The notes under the pieces are model-generated. The model searched no databases and had not been told where the DNA came from. It saw nothing but the letters and a program-made list of their open reading frames with translations. A program made the translations under genes and the position numbers. 30,771 bases of DNA from a virus (taxonomy: Duplodnaviria > Caudoviricetes), in IMG/VR virus record IMGVR_UViG_3300005077_000159, positions 1 through 30,771 of that record; one strand, written 5' to 3'. Below are positions 1 through 8,649 of this stretch, in pieces; positions within the stretch are counted from its first letter, which is position 1, and every line of letters begins with the position of its first letter.

Positions 1-1
1 G

Positions 2-421
2 AACTCAGGCTACGGGAACTCTACTGATAGAGAAAGTGGTATATTTTGTTCTAAAGAAGGTAAAGTTAGAATGTTTAATAAACCAACTGATTTAACTTGG
101 GATGAAATAGACCATCCGCATTTTTCTGAATTTTATCTTAATAAATGGATACCAGAAACTGATATGACAAATGAAGAAAAAAAGAACGAACCTAATTTTT
201 ATGCAATAGAAGGATACTTAAAAACTTATACTTGGGGAGAGGCTTGGGCAAACTTCTGGCGGGATACAGATGAAAATAATAGACAAAAAATATTAAATCT
301 ACCAAATTTTGATGCAGAAGTATTCAAAAATATTACTGGTATAGATGTTGAAGAAAAAACCGCAGTCATGATAAAGGATGGAAAAAAGTATAAAGTAAAA
401 ATTATTAAAGAATTATTATAA
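2..421 (+). CDS. 5'-truncated pentapeptide (NSGxx/NTGxx)-repeat phage protein, C-terminal domain
   Basis: Frame is open from position 2 (NSGYGNSTDRESGIFCSKEGKVR-MFNKP...), so ATG 71 is internal. C-terminal pattern MFNKP..W...WI....MT.EEK...GYLK...AW..W...LPNFDAE.F..ITGIDV is typical of this phage family. Confidence 0.7.
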   Translation, partial: NSGYGNSTDRESGIFCSKEGKVRMFNKPTDLTWDEIDHPHFSEFYLNKWIPETDMTNEEKKNEPNFYAIEGYLKTYTWGEAWANFWRDTDENNRQKILNLPNFDAEVFKNITGIDVEEKTAVMIKDGKKYKVKIIKELL

Positions 422-474
422 TAAATAAACCTACCGTACAAAGAACAGGCACAAGAACAGTTAAAGAAAACAAA

Positions 475-672
475 ATGACCAATAAACCCCCTGGATGTAA
501 AAAATCAGATAAATGTATATTTATAGATGGTCATAATGGAGATTGTCAAACAGATTGGGAATTTATTAAAGCATTTATTATAGTTATTTTGGTATATGTA
601 TTAGTAATTTATATTTTTTCTAAAATCATTTATTTTTTAATACCAACCCTAGAGATATTTTTAGAATATTAA
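475..672 (+). CDS. Small hypothetical membrane protein
   Basis: 65 aa; Cys/His-containing N-terminus (C..C....H.G.C) followed by a long hydrophobic stretch. Confidence 0.5.
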   Translation: MTNKPPGCKKSDKCIFIDGHNGDCQTDWEFIKAFIIVILVYVLVIYIFSKIIYFLIPTLEIFLEY

Positions 673-718
673 AATGACCCTAACAACCAAACAATTAAAA
701 GAATACATAAAACAGCAC

Positions 719-818
719 GGCGGGATAGGGTAAGTGGTTATTCCCACTAGTCTTGATTGCCAGCCAATATATTTTGCAATTCATCTAGTAATTATCGGTT
801 CGAGTCCGGTTCCCGCCA
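719..818 (+). tRNA. tRNA-like gene with a 25-nt insertion in the anticodon loop; isotype undetermined
   Basis: Acceptor GGCGGGA(719-725)/TCCCGCC(811-817)+A; TA at 8-9; D-arm GGGT-AAGTGGTTAT-TCCC; anticodon stem CTAGT(747-751)/TCTAG(784-788) enclosing 32 nt; T-arm ATCGG-TTCGAGT-CCGGT. No encoded CCA. Confidence 0.75.
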
Positions 819-851
819 CTTGTTAATAATCACACAATAAGTTTTAATATA

Positions 852-933
852 AATAATTCAATTCTGGTAGGCCTTTGAATTATTATAGAAGCCCACTTGG
901 CCTACCTGCTTTAAGTGGGCTTCTATAATAATT
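852..933 (+). promoter_or_regulatory. Twin-hairpin (kissing-loop) element upstream of the replication gene
   Basis: 10-bp stem 852-861/875-884 and perfect 21-bp stem 878-898/913-933. Loop sequences GGTAGGCC (866-873) and GGCCTACC (899-906) are exact reverse complements. Confidence 0.7.
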
Positions 934-938
934 TATGT

Positions 939-1625
939 ATGAATAACGGTTGGATAAAACTACATAGGAAGTTATTGTCATCTGATATGTATCAGAGCTT
1001 AAATTCTAAACAAAGAGATATTCTAATTACCTGTTTGTTATTGGCTAACCACCAAGACAAAGAGTGGGCATGGGGATCTAATATTTTTAAGTGTGAGCCA
1101 GGGCAATTTGTCACATCTCTAGAGAGTTTGGCTAATAAATGCGCGTCAGATGTGACTGTTAGGAATATTCGTACTACTCTGGTTAAATTAGAAAAGTGGG
1201 AATTTTTGACAAACAAATCGACAAAGACCGGAAGGCTCATAACAGTGTTAAATTGGCACAAATATCAGGGTTTTAATACTCCGACTGACAAACAAGTGAC
1301 AAAGACCCGACAAAGAGGTGACAAAGATCTGACAACTAACAAGAATGTAAAGAATGATAAAGAATTTAATATTAACTTCGTTCACAATAAAAATATTGAA
1401 AGATGGCAACATAAGGCTGAACAGCTTGTTGGGTTCTTAGACGGCGGAGAGGATAAAAAGTCTAGCATTTTTAAGTGTTGCAAAGAGAACTTCAGAGCGG
1501 TTGAGTTTGCTATAGATGGATGTACTTCTGCAAATAACTTTCATGTTGACTATTTTCTTAAGTGCTATCATAACCAAATAAAGCGTGAGACTGGTCAGGC
1601 TATTGACAAGCCAAACGATCGTTGA
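939..1625 (+). CDS. Phage replication initiator / replisome organiser (GWIKLHRK-type winged-helix N-terminus)
   Basis: MNNGWIKLHRK...LLLANH...GQFVTSL..LA....RT.L.KLEK..FL...T..G.LITV.NW.KYQ followed by a repeat-coded linker. ATG 939 is preferred over GTG 915, which lies inside a hairpin. Confidence 0.85.
   Translation: MNNGWIKLHRKLLSSDMYQSLNSKQRDILITCLLLANHQDKEWAWGSNIFKCEPGQFVTSLESLANKCASDVTVRNIRTTLVKLEKWEFLTNKSTKTGRLITVLNWHKYQGFNTPTDKQVTKTRQRGDKDLTTNKNVKNDKEFNINFVHNKNIERWQHKAEQLVGFLDGGEDKKSSIFKCCKENFRAVEFAIDGCTSANNFHVDYFLKCYHNQIKRETGQAIDKPNDR
1287..1341 (+). repeat. Iteron array, probable replication origin inside the initiator gene
   Basis: GACAA(A) at 1287, 1298, 1309, 1320, 1331 (exact 11-bp period); further copies at 1208 and 1220; followed by A-rich AAGAAT repeats. 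Same layout as lambda O-type origins. Confidence 0.75.
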
Positions 1626-1631
1626 TATAAT
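1603..1631 (+). promoter_or_regulatory. Consensus sigma70 promoter (probable late promoter)
   Basis: TTGACA (1603-1608), 17-nt spacer, TG-n extended -10, TATAAT (1626-1631); directly upstream of the packaging/structural operon. Confidence 0.85.
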
Positions 1632-1773
1632 TTAGGTATAATATTATTTACTGTTTTCATTTTGCCAACCTTGTGTGGGTGAATGAGCAGGCAAGGTTTA
1701 CCCACCTTGCGCAAGTAGGGTAAAAATTATATGAATAATATAAGTACTTATTTTAATAATCTTTATTTAAGTT

Positions 1774-1805
1774 AAAACCGTTTTAGTGCGGTTTTTTGTC
1801 TTTTT
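1774..1805 (+). terminator. Intrinsic terminator in the late-operon leader
   Basis: AAAACCGT-tttagt-GCGGTTTT stem-loop followed by TTGTCTTTTT. Confidence 0.6.
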
Positions 1806-1823
1806 ATAATTAATGTTATCAAT

Positions 1824-2126
1824 ATGCCTATATTCAAAAAGAAAGCCAAGAAGGCCCCAAAACAGGCTCCTAAGGCTTCAGAAAAAGAAATTGCCGCTCA
1901 ACAGCTTGGCGGTGGAATTGCTATGGGATGGAATTCTGTTACTAAACAGAAATTTCCTTTCGTAGTTGATTTTGAGGATTTTTACTTGTTTTGCTTAAAA
2001 CAAGATGACGAGAGATCTATTACTGAGCTTCGCAATGGCGGCAAAACGTTTGGCGAAATCCTTTTTGATGATGATAAACAAGGAGTTCAGGGCAATGTTC
2101 GTTTGGTAGCAATACGCAAACGTTAA
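1824..2126 (+). CDS. Hypothetical protein with basic N-terminus
   Basis: 100-aa ORF, first gene after the leader, TATG start; no recognised family. Confidence 0.65.
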   Translation: MPIFKKKAKKAPKQAPKASEKEIAAQQLGGGIAMGWNSVTKQKFPFVVDFEDFYLFCLKQDDERSITELRNGGKTFGEILFDDDKQGVQGNVRLVAIRKR

Positions 2127-2138
2127 ATTGTCAACAAA

Positions 2139-2750
2139 ATGGATCTAAAAATACCTAATATTACACCAATTGGAGATATTATTGAAGAAAAAAGTAAAGA
2201 ACTTGCTAATGATAAAGAGATTGATTCACTGATTATTAATCAGTCTGCGAGGCCTAAGACAAAAAAGGGTGGTAAGAGGCCTGGTGCTGGTCGTAAGAAA
2301 GGTAGAAAAGATAATGCAACCATTATTAGAGAAAAAGCAGAAGAGGCTTTTAAGCAAAAGATACTTGGTGTACTAGATAGTTTATTTACTGGTCAGGTTA
2401 CACTTGCCCAGGGCTGTCAGTATCTATTCAAGATAGAGACTAAGCGTTGGAAAACAAAGAACGGAAAGTGGAAGGAAAAGCGGAAAGCTCCAAAGGTTGT
2501 TAAAAATCCAGAAGAGATAGAGGCTTATTTAAGAGGAGATTATGATGGTAGTAGAGATGAATATTATTTTCTCACTACCGATAAGCCGGACAATAAAGCG
2601 ATTGATAGTTTGGTTGAGAGAGTTTTTGGTAAGGCTAAGCAGTCATTAGATGTTAATGCGACTGTTACCCTTGAGGATGCTTTGCGTAAGAATTTAGAAG
2701 AAAGGGAGAAATATGATAAAAACTTTAAGAGAAATAATAATATCGATTGA
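2139..2750 (+). CDS. terS: Terminase small subunit (putative)
   Basis: GGKRPGAGRKKG motif, C-terminal AIDSLVERVFGKAKQSLDV pattern, overlaps the start of TerL. Confidence 0.7.
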   Translation: MDLKIPNITPIGDIIEEKSKELANDKEIDSLIINQSARPKTKKGGKRPGAGRKKGRKDNATIIREKAEEAFKQKILGVLDSLFTGQVTLAQGCQYLFKIETKRWKTKNGKWKEKRKAPKVVKNPEEIEAYLRGDYDGSRDEYYFLTTDKPDNKAIDSLVERVFGKAKQSLDVNATVTLEDALRKNLEEREKYDKNFKRNNNID

Positions 2751-4311
2751 GGATTTTTTCTGGGTTGAAACCAAAGACGGAGATGTAGTTCCTTTCAAAT
2801 TAAATAATATGCAGCTAACTTTGATTAAGCACATTCTTAATTCTATTGTTCAGCGTCCTGATAGGCCCTTGCGCGTAATTATACTTAAGGGCAGACAGTT
2901 TGGAATCTCCACTCTTATGCTCGCTATATTATTATGCAAGTGCTTATTGGTTCATAATACCCGCGCCGCAGTTATCTCTCATGATCTTGAGTCTACCAAA
3001 AAACTTTTTCGTAGAATTAGGTTTTTTACAAATACATTCAGTATAAAACCCGAGACTGAGAAGGAGTCTGAACGTGAGTATTCTTTTCCTAAGACCAATA
3101 GCTATATCTATATCGGTACAGCTGGAACCAAGGCTTTTGGTCGCGGAGATAACCTTACCGATGTCCATTGTTCTGAGGTAGCCTTTTGGCAGAGCCCGGC
3201 TGAGGTTATGAATGGTCTTATTAATGCAGTTGGTAAACACGGCAATATTACGATTGAAACTACCGCTAATGGGGTTGGCACATATTTTCACAAGCTTTGG
3301 ACAAGATCATCTCAAGAGTCTGATCCGGCCTGGTTCCCTATATTCCTTTGTTGGTTAGATTTTGCTGAGTATGAAATGGAACCTGCGCCTGATTTTGTTA
3401 GAACAGACCATGAGGAGTTTTTAATAAAACAAAACCCTAGGATAACTGATAAGAAGTTATCTTGGCGTAGGTGGAAGATATCCGAAATTGAGCCAGAAGC
3501 TGGACTTACAGCAGAGCAAGTGTTTCAGCAGGAGTATCCTATTACTCCCCATGAAGCTTTTATTAATTCTGGTAAGAGTGTTTATTCTCAAGAAGCTCTT
3601 GAGAGTTATGAAACTTCTAAACCAGTTGATATTGAGGATGGTTGGAAGATTTGGGCTAAGCCCACCGGTTGGTCAGTTATGGGAATTGATGTGGCTGAGG
3701 GATTAGAAAATAACGACCGCTCAGTTATTGATATCTATGACCAACATCTTAATCAGGTGGCTCATTGGGCCGGGTGGTGCGATACGGATGAATTAGTAGA
3801 TAAAGCAGCAATCTTTGGCAAGCGATATAATTCTTATATCATTTGCGAAATTAACAACATGGGTATTGCAGTACAGAATAGGTTGCGTAAAATTTACCCA
3901 ATTGCTAAACAGTATCAGCGCGAAATCTTTGACAACAGAACCAAAACAAAGCAGAAGAAGCTTGGTTGGCGAACTTCATCTACTACTAAGCCACGGCTTA
4001 TAGCAGATCACGTTACTTTTGTTCGAGAACATAAGATTCTTATAAACAACGTAGATACTATTGATGAATGCTTTACTTTTGTCAAAGACGGTACTGGTAA
4101 AATGGGAGCAGTTGAGGGAACCAACGATGACCGTGTTATAGCTTCAGCATTAGCTTTACAAGCATTCCTTGACCGGCCACCGGCACGTAGTCTTATTGAA
4201 ACCCCGGCTCAGGAGGTAGTAGAAAAGAAAGATATTGAAAAAGCCAATCGAGAATGGAAGCAGAAAAAGCTTAAAAAACTTAAACTTAAAAAGATTAGAA
4301 GTATTAAATAA
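2713..4311 (+). CDS. terL: Terminase large subunit
   Basis: Walker A-like ILKGRQFGIST, Walker B VHCSEVAFW, coupling motif ETTANG, RNase H-like nuclease motifs MGIDVAEG, CEINNMG and NDDRVIA. Confidence 0.95.
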   Translation: MIKTLREIIISIEDFFWVETKDGDVVPFKLNNMQLTLIKHILNSIVQRPDRPLRVIILKGRQFGISTLMLAILLCKCLLVHNTRAAVISHDLESTKKLFRRIRFFTNTFSIKPETEKESEREYSFPKTNSYIYIGTAGTKAFGRGDNLTDVHCSEVAFWQSPAEVMNGLINAVGKHGNITIETTANGVGTYFHKLWTRSSQESDPAWFPIFLCWLDFAEYEMEPAPDFVRTDHEEFLIKQNPRITDKKLSWRRWKISEIEPEAGLTAEQVFQQEYPITPHEAFINSGKSVYSQEALESYETSKPVDIEDGWKIWAKPTGWSVMGIDVAEGLENNDRSVIDIYDQHLNQVAHWAGWCDTDELVDKAAIFGKRYNSYIICEINNMGIAVQNRLRKIYPIAKQYQREIFDNRTKTKQKKLGWRTSSTTKPRLIADHVTFVREHKILINNVDTIDECFTFVKDGTGKMGAVEGTNDDRVIASALALQAFLDRPPARSLIETPAQEVVEKKDIEKANREWKQKKLKKLKLKKIRSIK

Positions 4312-4314
4312 TTT

Positions 4315-6447
4315 ATGCCTAATAAAAAAACAACTAAAAATGTAGAGTCTACAGTACTAGATGATGTAGATGAATTTGGTCGTGTTAAAGATTTGGCTAA
4401 TGCTCCTTATAAATACTCTGATGCAGAACAGAAGCTTTTAGAAGTTCGTAAAAAACGATTCCAGGTTATGTGGAACTTCAAAAAGAAGCTTGGAATTGAT
4501 GAGAAGTGTGACCGTATGGATGCTTTGTTTACTCCCCACCTTACTGGAGTTAATAACTCTGGCGCGCAACCAGATGACTTGGATTCTGCTATAAACTTTG
4601 ATAATCATAATAGTTTTGAAGAGAGGCGCAAATCTATTCCTTTGGCTTTTGAAAAGATTACTACTGCGGTTGCTTTGATGATTAAAGAGAACCCACGTAT
4701 TATTCCTAAGCCTTTCCGTGAGAAATATCGCAAGCTTAATTTAATGATAGAGAATATCTATTATGAAAATTATAAGATAAACCGCAAAAAGGAAGTCTAT
4801 GCAAAATACGTCTACCAAAAAGCCAAGTATGGTATTGCTTACTGGCGTGAGTTTATTAAAAAGACTTACTGTAAAAAACACGTTGAACAACGTGACGAGA
4901 ATGGCGACATTGTTCGAGATGAGCAGGGCAATGTAGTCTATGATACTTTTTGGGGCTATGATGTTAATGAGCAGGTAGCTGCTAATATTCATCCTAAAAA
5001 CATTGTACTTGATAACACCTGCCTTGGGCCTAATGATGTAAACAAACCAGCTAAGGATTTATTTATTTATGAAGATATTTCTTTTGAAGAGTTCAAGGAT
5101 ACCTACCCAGTAGAAGTGTTTCCTAATGCCGAGTTTGTAAATCCTGGTACTGGATTTATGTTTACTAAGGATAAAACTGAGGAGGTTGTTGAGGGAAGTG
5201 ATGATTCTAAGGATATAGTTCAGGTTATTATTTATGAAAACAAACCAGAGGGATTGCGCGAGACTTGGATTAATTCAGTTCCTATTGAGTCTATTCCTTT
5301 GCCTGGTGGAGTTTTATCAGTATCTGGTGGCAAATGGGTAGATGATGTCGAGAATTATGATGGCATTGGCGTTGGTCAGATTTTAGAGATTTATCAGCCT
5401 ATTGTTGATGATATTCGCAATGCTTCCTTAGAGCGCATTCGTCAGATTGTTCGGCCAGTTGAGGATTGGTTTAATGATATTGAGCTTACCGATGAGAGTT
5501 CTGATGTTAATTATGGCTCTGGTAATGTTAGGAAATTTAATGGCTCTCCGGATGACGTTCGCTATTCAAATCCACCACCACCTACTGCTGGTGAGCAAAA
5601 TGAGCAAGAGGGGCTTTATGAAGAGATTGATCGAGCTACTATGATTCCGCGTAATTTAGCTGGTACTGATGATGCTAATACAGCTTTTCAGGCCGCTCAG
5701 AACAGAGAGTCAGCCTTGCGTAAATTATCTATCCCACTTGGATCTATTAAAAATACCATTGAACAGGCTGGCAATATAGCCCTGGCTTTATGGCCTATGG
5801 CCTATGGTGAGCCTGAGGAGACCAAGGTTTTGAAAGAGGGAGACGATGATTTTGATGAAGCTTGTAAGATTGTTGAGGTTAATCCTAAGGATGAGCGTGT
5901 TATCAAAAACGAGGACGGAACTATTACTCGTAGATACTTCAAACAAATGGAGCTTCCGGTTGAACCTGAGATTGATAAGAAAGACGGCAAGAATGTTCCA
6001 ACTGGTAGATTTATTGAAACCGAGGAGAAGCAGTTTTGGGAGACAATTCCTAGAACTTTCAATTGGGTTGGTAGAATTGAGGTTATTGCAGAGTCTATAC
6101 TTCCTACATCTAAGGCTTTAGAGGATGAGCAGAAAAAAGAGACATTTGATTGGCTTATGCAAATCCCGGTTATTAACGAGATGGGCCAACCTGTTTTTGT
6201 TGATGATAAGGGCAAGCCTTATATTATTGATAAAATTAAAGCTGCTAAGGAGCGTGTCCGTATTATCCGTGATCTTGATCCAGATAAATATATTGTTCCA
6301 ATGGAAAATACCCAGTCCTTAGCAGGCGGTAGCCCGCTTGATCAGGGTGGTGGAGATAATCCTTTGGCTAGCAAAGGTCGTATGTCGCCACTTGAAGCAG
6401 TTGGCGCCAAGAGACCAGAAACATCTAATTTAACTTCTATAAAATAA
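4315..6447 (+). CDS. Portal protein (large, P22/podovirus-like)
   Basis: 710 aa directly after TerL; AKYGIAYWR, YDGIGVGQILEIYQ..VD.IRN..LE and TAFQAAQ..ESA segments fit P22-like portals. Confidence 0.85.
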   Translation: MPNKKTTKNVESTVLDDVDEFGRVKDLANAPYKYSDAEQKLLEVRKKRFQVMWNFKKKLGIDEKCDRMDALFTPHLTGVNNSGAQPDDLDSAINFDNHNSFEERRKSIPLAFEKITTAVALMIKENPRIIPKPFREKYRKLNLMIENIYYENYKINRKKEVYAKYVYQKAKYGIAYWREFIKKTYCKKHVEQRDENGDIVRDEQGNVVYDTFWGYDVNEQVAANIHPKNIVLDNTCLGPNDVNKPAKDLFIYEDISFEEFKDTYPVEVFPNAEFVNPGTGFMFTKDKTEEVVEGSDDSKDIVQVIIYENKPEGLRETWINSVPIESIPLPGGVLSVSGGKWVDDVENYDGIGVGQILEIYQPIVDDIRNASLERIRQIVRPVEDWFNDIELTDESSDVNYGSGNVRKFNGSPDDVRYSNPPPPTAGEQNEQEGLYEEIDRATMIPRNLAGTDDANTAFQAAQNRESALRKLSIPLGSIKNTIEQAGNIALALWPMAYGEPEETKVLKEGDDDFDEACKIVEVNPKDERVIKNEDGTITRRYFKQMELPVEPEIDKKDGKNVPTGRFIETEEKQFWETIPRTFNWVGRIEVIAESILPTSKALEDEQKKETFDWLMQIPVINEMGQPVFVDDKGKPYIIDKIKAAKERVRIIRDLDPDKYIVPMENTQSLAGGSPLDQGGGDNPLASKGRMSPLEAVGAKRPETSNLTSIK

Positions 6448-6452
6448 ACATT

Positions 6453-6737
6453 ATGTCATATACAACAGACCAAATAAAATTAGCTACTAAAATGGGTGTT
6501 AGTCTAGCTGCCGGCAAGAAGGACGCGGTCAAGAATTATCGTGGCGCAATGAAATCTAATAAAGTAGCTAATGATAATTTTGATAAACTTATTGCTCCGC
6601 TTACTAGTCAGGCCAGCAATATGGGTAGTAAAAAATATAATAAAGCCTACCGAACAGCTAAGAAAATGGCACGAAGTGGTAATCTTAAGGGAGCTCGTGA
6701 GTATATTCAGGACCAAGTTAAGCGAGTTAGTAGTTAA
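6453..6737 (+). CDS. Small basic hypothetical protein
   Basis: 94 aa, K/R/A-rich, tightly packed after the portal, TATG start. Confidence 0.6.
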   Translation: MSYTTDQIKLATKMGVSLAAGKKDAVKNYRGAMKSNKVANDNFDKLIAPLTSQASNMGSKKYNKAYRTAKKMARSGNLKGAREYIQDQVKRVSS

Positions 6738-6772
6738 TTAATTGATTGTGAGAGTGCTTAAGGATTTATTTT

Positions 6773-7060
6773 ATGATTGATGGTAATAAGGTTGACCAAT
6801 ATAAACGATTGGCAACATTTGAAAAGTCTATAATCTGGCAGAAAGATTTGAAAGTTTTTATTGAAAGTTTATGGACTAAAAGGGAAAGTTCTTTGAAAAA
6901 ACCAACCACACAGTTTGAGGCCGCTTCTCGAGAAATTGAGAGATTGGCTATCAAAAATGTGGTTAATAAAATTATTGATTTTGTTGAGAAATCAGGTGAT
7001 AAAGTTTCCGACGTAATGACTAAAAATAGAATTAATATAGACAATAATGATAAAAACTAA
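6773..7060 (+). CDS. Hypothetical helical protein of the head module
   Basis: 95 aa, overlaps the groEL start; no recognised family. Confidence 0.6.
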   Translation: MIDGNKVDQYKRLATFEKSIIWQKDLKVFIESLWTKRESSLKKPTTQFEAASREIERLAIKNVVNKIIDFVEKSGDKVSDVMTKNRINIDNNDKN

Positions 7061-8645
7061 AAAGATATTAGGTGATGAGGCCCGGATTAAATTAAAAAAG
7101 GGCATTGATTTGGTAGCTGACTATACCAAGCTTACGCTTGGCCCTAAGGGGCGCAACGTGGCTTTCAAAAAGATTGGTCCACTTCCTACTCGAGTAGTTA
7201 ACGATGGTGTTACTATTGCTCAAGAGGTTAAGGATGATGACCCTTTTGTAAGCGCTGGTATTGAAATGGTGCAGGAAATCTGCAAAAAGACTAACGACAA
7301 TGCTGGTGACGGTACTACCCAGACCGCTCTTTTAGCTCAAGCCATTGTGGCCGCAGGCTTTAAGCGCCTTAGTTCTGGTTTTAATGCCACAGACATTGAG
7401 AAAGAGATTGTTGCTGATGTAGATAATCTGCTCGTAGAGCTTAAAAAAATATCTAAACCAGTTAAAACAGTCGATGATGTCCGTAATATTGCCACCATAT
7501 CAGGCAATAACGACCCAGAGATTGGCGATGCTCTAGCTAGTATTGTTGAAAAGGTTGGCATGCATGCATCAATTATTATTGATAGAGGTACTGATGTGCG
7601 TATCCGCACTGAGGCGGTTGATGGCATTTATTTTAATAAAGGTTATCAATATCCGGCTTTTATTAATAATTTCAAGCAGACTGCCGAATATAAAGACCCT
7701 AAGATTTTTATAGTTAATGAAGCTGTTCGCTATAATAGCGAGATTGAAGAGTTCTTTGATGTTATTGTTAATAACAAATTACAGGATATTATATTCATCT
7801 GTAAAGAGATTGAGGGTGACGCTTTGGGAACGTTTGCTGAGACACATATTGGTAAAATGCGCGGTGAGGATGGAGTATTTTTACTCCCACTTATTGCTCC
7901 TGGTGTTGGACCAGACCAAGATGACTTTATGGAAGATTTGGCTTCTGCTGTTAATGCCAAGGTTATTGGTGGTAATAATAGTTATAAGCTAAATAACTTC
8001 AAAGAGATTCCACTTAGCGAGGTTATGGGAACTTGTGAGCGGTTGGTTTCTACTAGCAAGAACACAACAATCCTATTGGGTGATAAAAAAGAAAACAAAG
8101 AACTTCATAGTAGAATTAGTCTTATTGAAAAACAAATATCAGAACTTGACTCTGCTGAGAAGGTCACACGCGAGAAACTTGAGAAAAGACGCGATATGCT
8201 TACATCGGGTGTGGGTATTATTTATTCTGGTGGATCCACAGAAATTGAGATAAAAGACCGCAACCTACGACTTGAGGATGCCGCCCTGGCTTCAAAAGCG
8301 GCCATTTCCGACGGTTTTGTGCCTGGAGGTGGTTATACATACCTTTTACTCCAGGAAAGCGCTAAAAGCGACATTATGAAAGAAGCGCTATCTGCCGTTG
8401 CTAAACAAGTTGCCTTGAATGCCGGTGAGGTTCCTGAACTTATAGTTGCCCGTTCCTTGGAGTATAAAAAGGGCTGGAATGCTAAGAGTGGAAAGTTTGA
8501 GGATTTACTTGAGTCTGGTGTTATAGATGCCACTTCTGTTGTTAAAAACGCATTGAGAAATGCAACATCATTAGCAGGGAGATTCTTGACTACCGAGGCT
8601 TTGGTGGTTGAGTATGATGATGGTAATAAAGATATTAAAAAATAA
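7047..8645 (+). CDS. groEL: Phage-encoded group I chaperonin GroEL
   Basis: TLGPKGRNV, NDGVTIA, AGDGTTQT, IATISGNND, RLEDA (catalytic Asp), VPGGG, GVIDA; no GGM tail. Confidence 0.97.
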   Translation: MIKTKKILGDEARIKLKKGIDLVADYTKLTLGPKGRNVAFKKIGPLPTRVVNDGVTIAQEVKDDDPFVSAGIEMVQEICKKTNDNAGDGTTQTALLAQAIVAAGFKRLSSGFNATDIEKEIVADVDNLLVELKKISKPVKTVDDVRNIATISGNNDPEIGDALASIVEKVGMHASIIIDRGTDVRIRTEAVDGIYFNKGYQYPAFINNFKQTAEYKDPKIFIVNEAVRYNSEIEEFFDVIVNNKLQDIIFICKEIEGDALGTFAETHIGKMRGEDGVFLLPLIAPGVGPDQDDFMEDLASAVNAKVIGGNNSYKLNNFKEIPLSEVMGTCERLVSTSKNTTILLGDKKENKELHSRISLIEKQISELDSAEKVTREKLEKRRDMLTSGVGIIYSGGSTEIEIKDRNLRLEDAALASKAAISDGFVPGGGYTYLLLQESAKSDIMKEALSAVAKQVALNAGEVPELIVARSLEYKKGWNAKSGKFEDLLESGVIDATSVVKNALRNATSLAGRFLTTEALVVEYDDGNKDIKK

Positions 8646-8649
8646 GATT

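Noticed and set aside
674-733. 19-codon ORF (MTLTTKQLKEYIKQHGGIG) running into the tRNA-like gene
   Set aside because: Too short to support, and it overlaps the tRNA 5' end.
752-783. Calling the tRNA as Ser(TGA), Met(CAT) or an opal suppressor (TCA)
   Set aside because: No excision gives a canonical 7-nt loop for these; Ser would need a long variable arm.
915-938. Track starts at GTG 915, ATG 8608 and TTG 23271
   Set aside because: Downstream ATGs at 939, 8650 and 23310 fit the TATG context, avoid overlaps or hairpins and, for the first two, match family N-termini.
1287-1341. CRISPR array or generic tandem repeat
   Set aside because: 11-bp period with no spacers, inside a replication gene; better explained as iterons. 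No cas genes are present.
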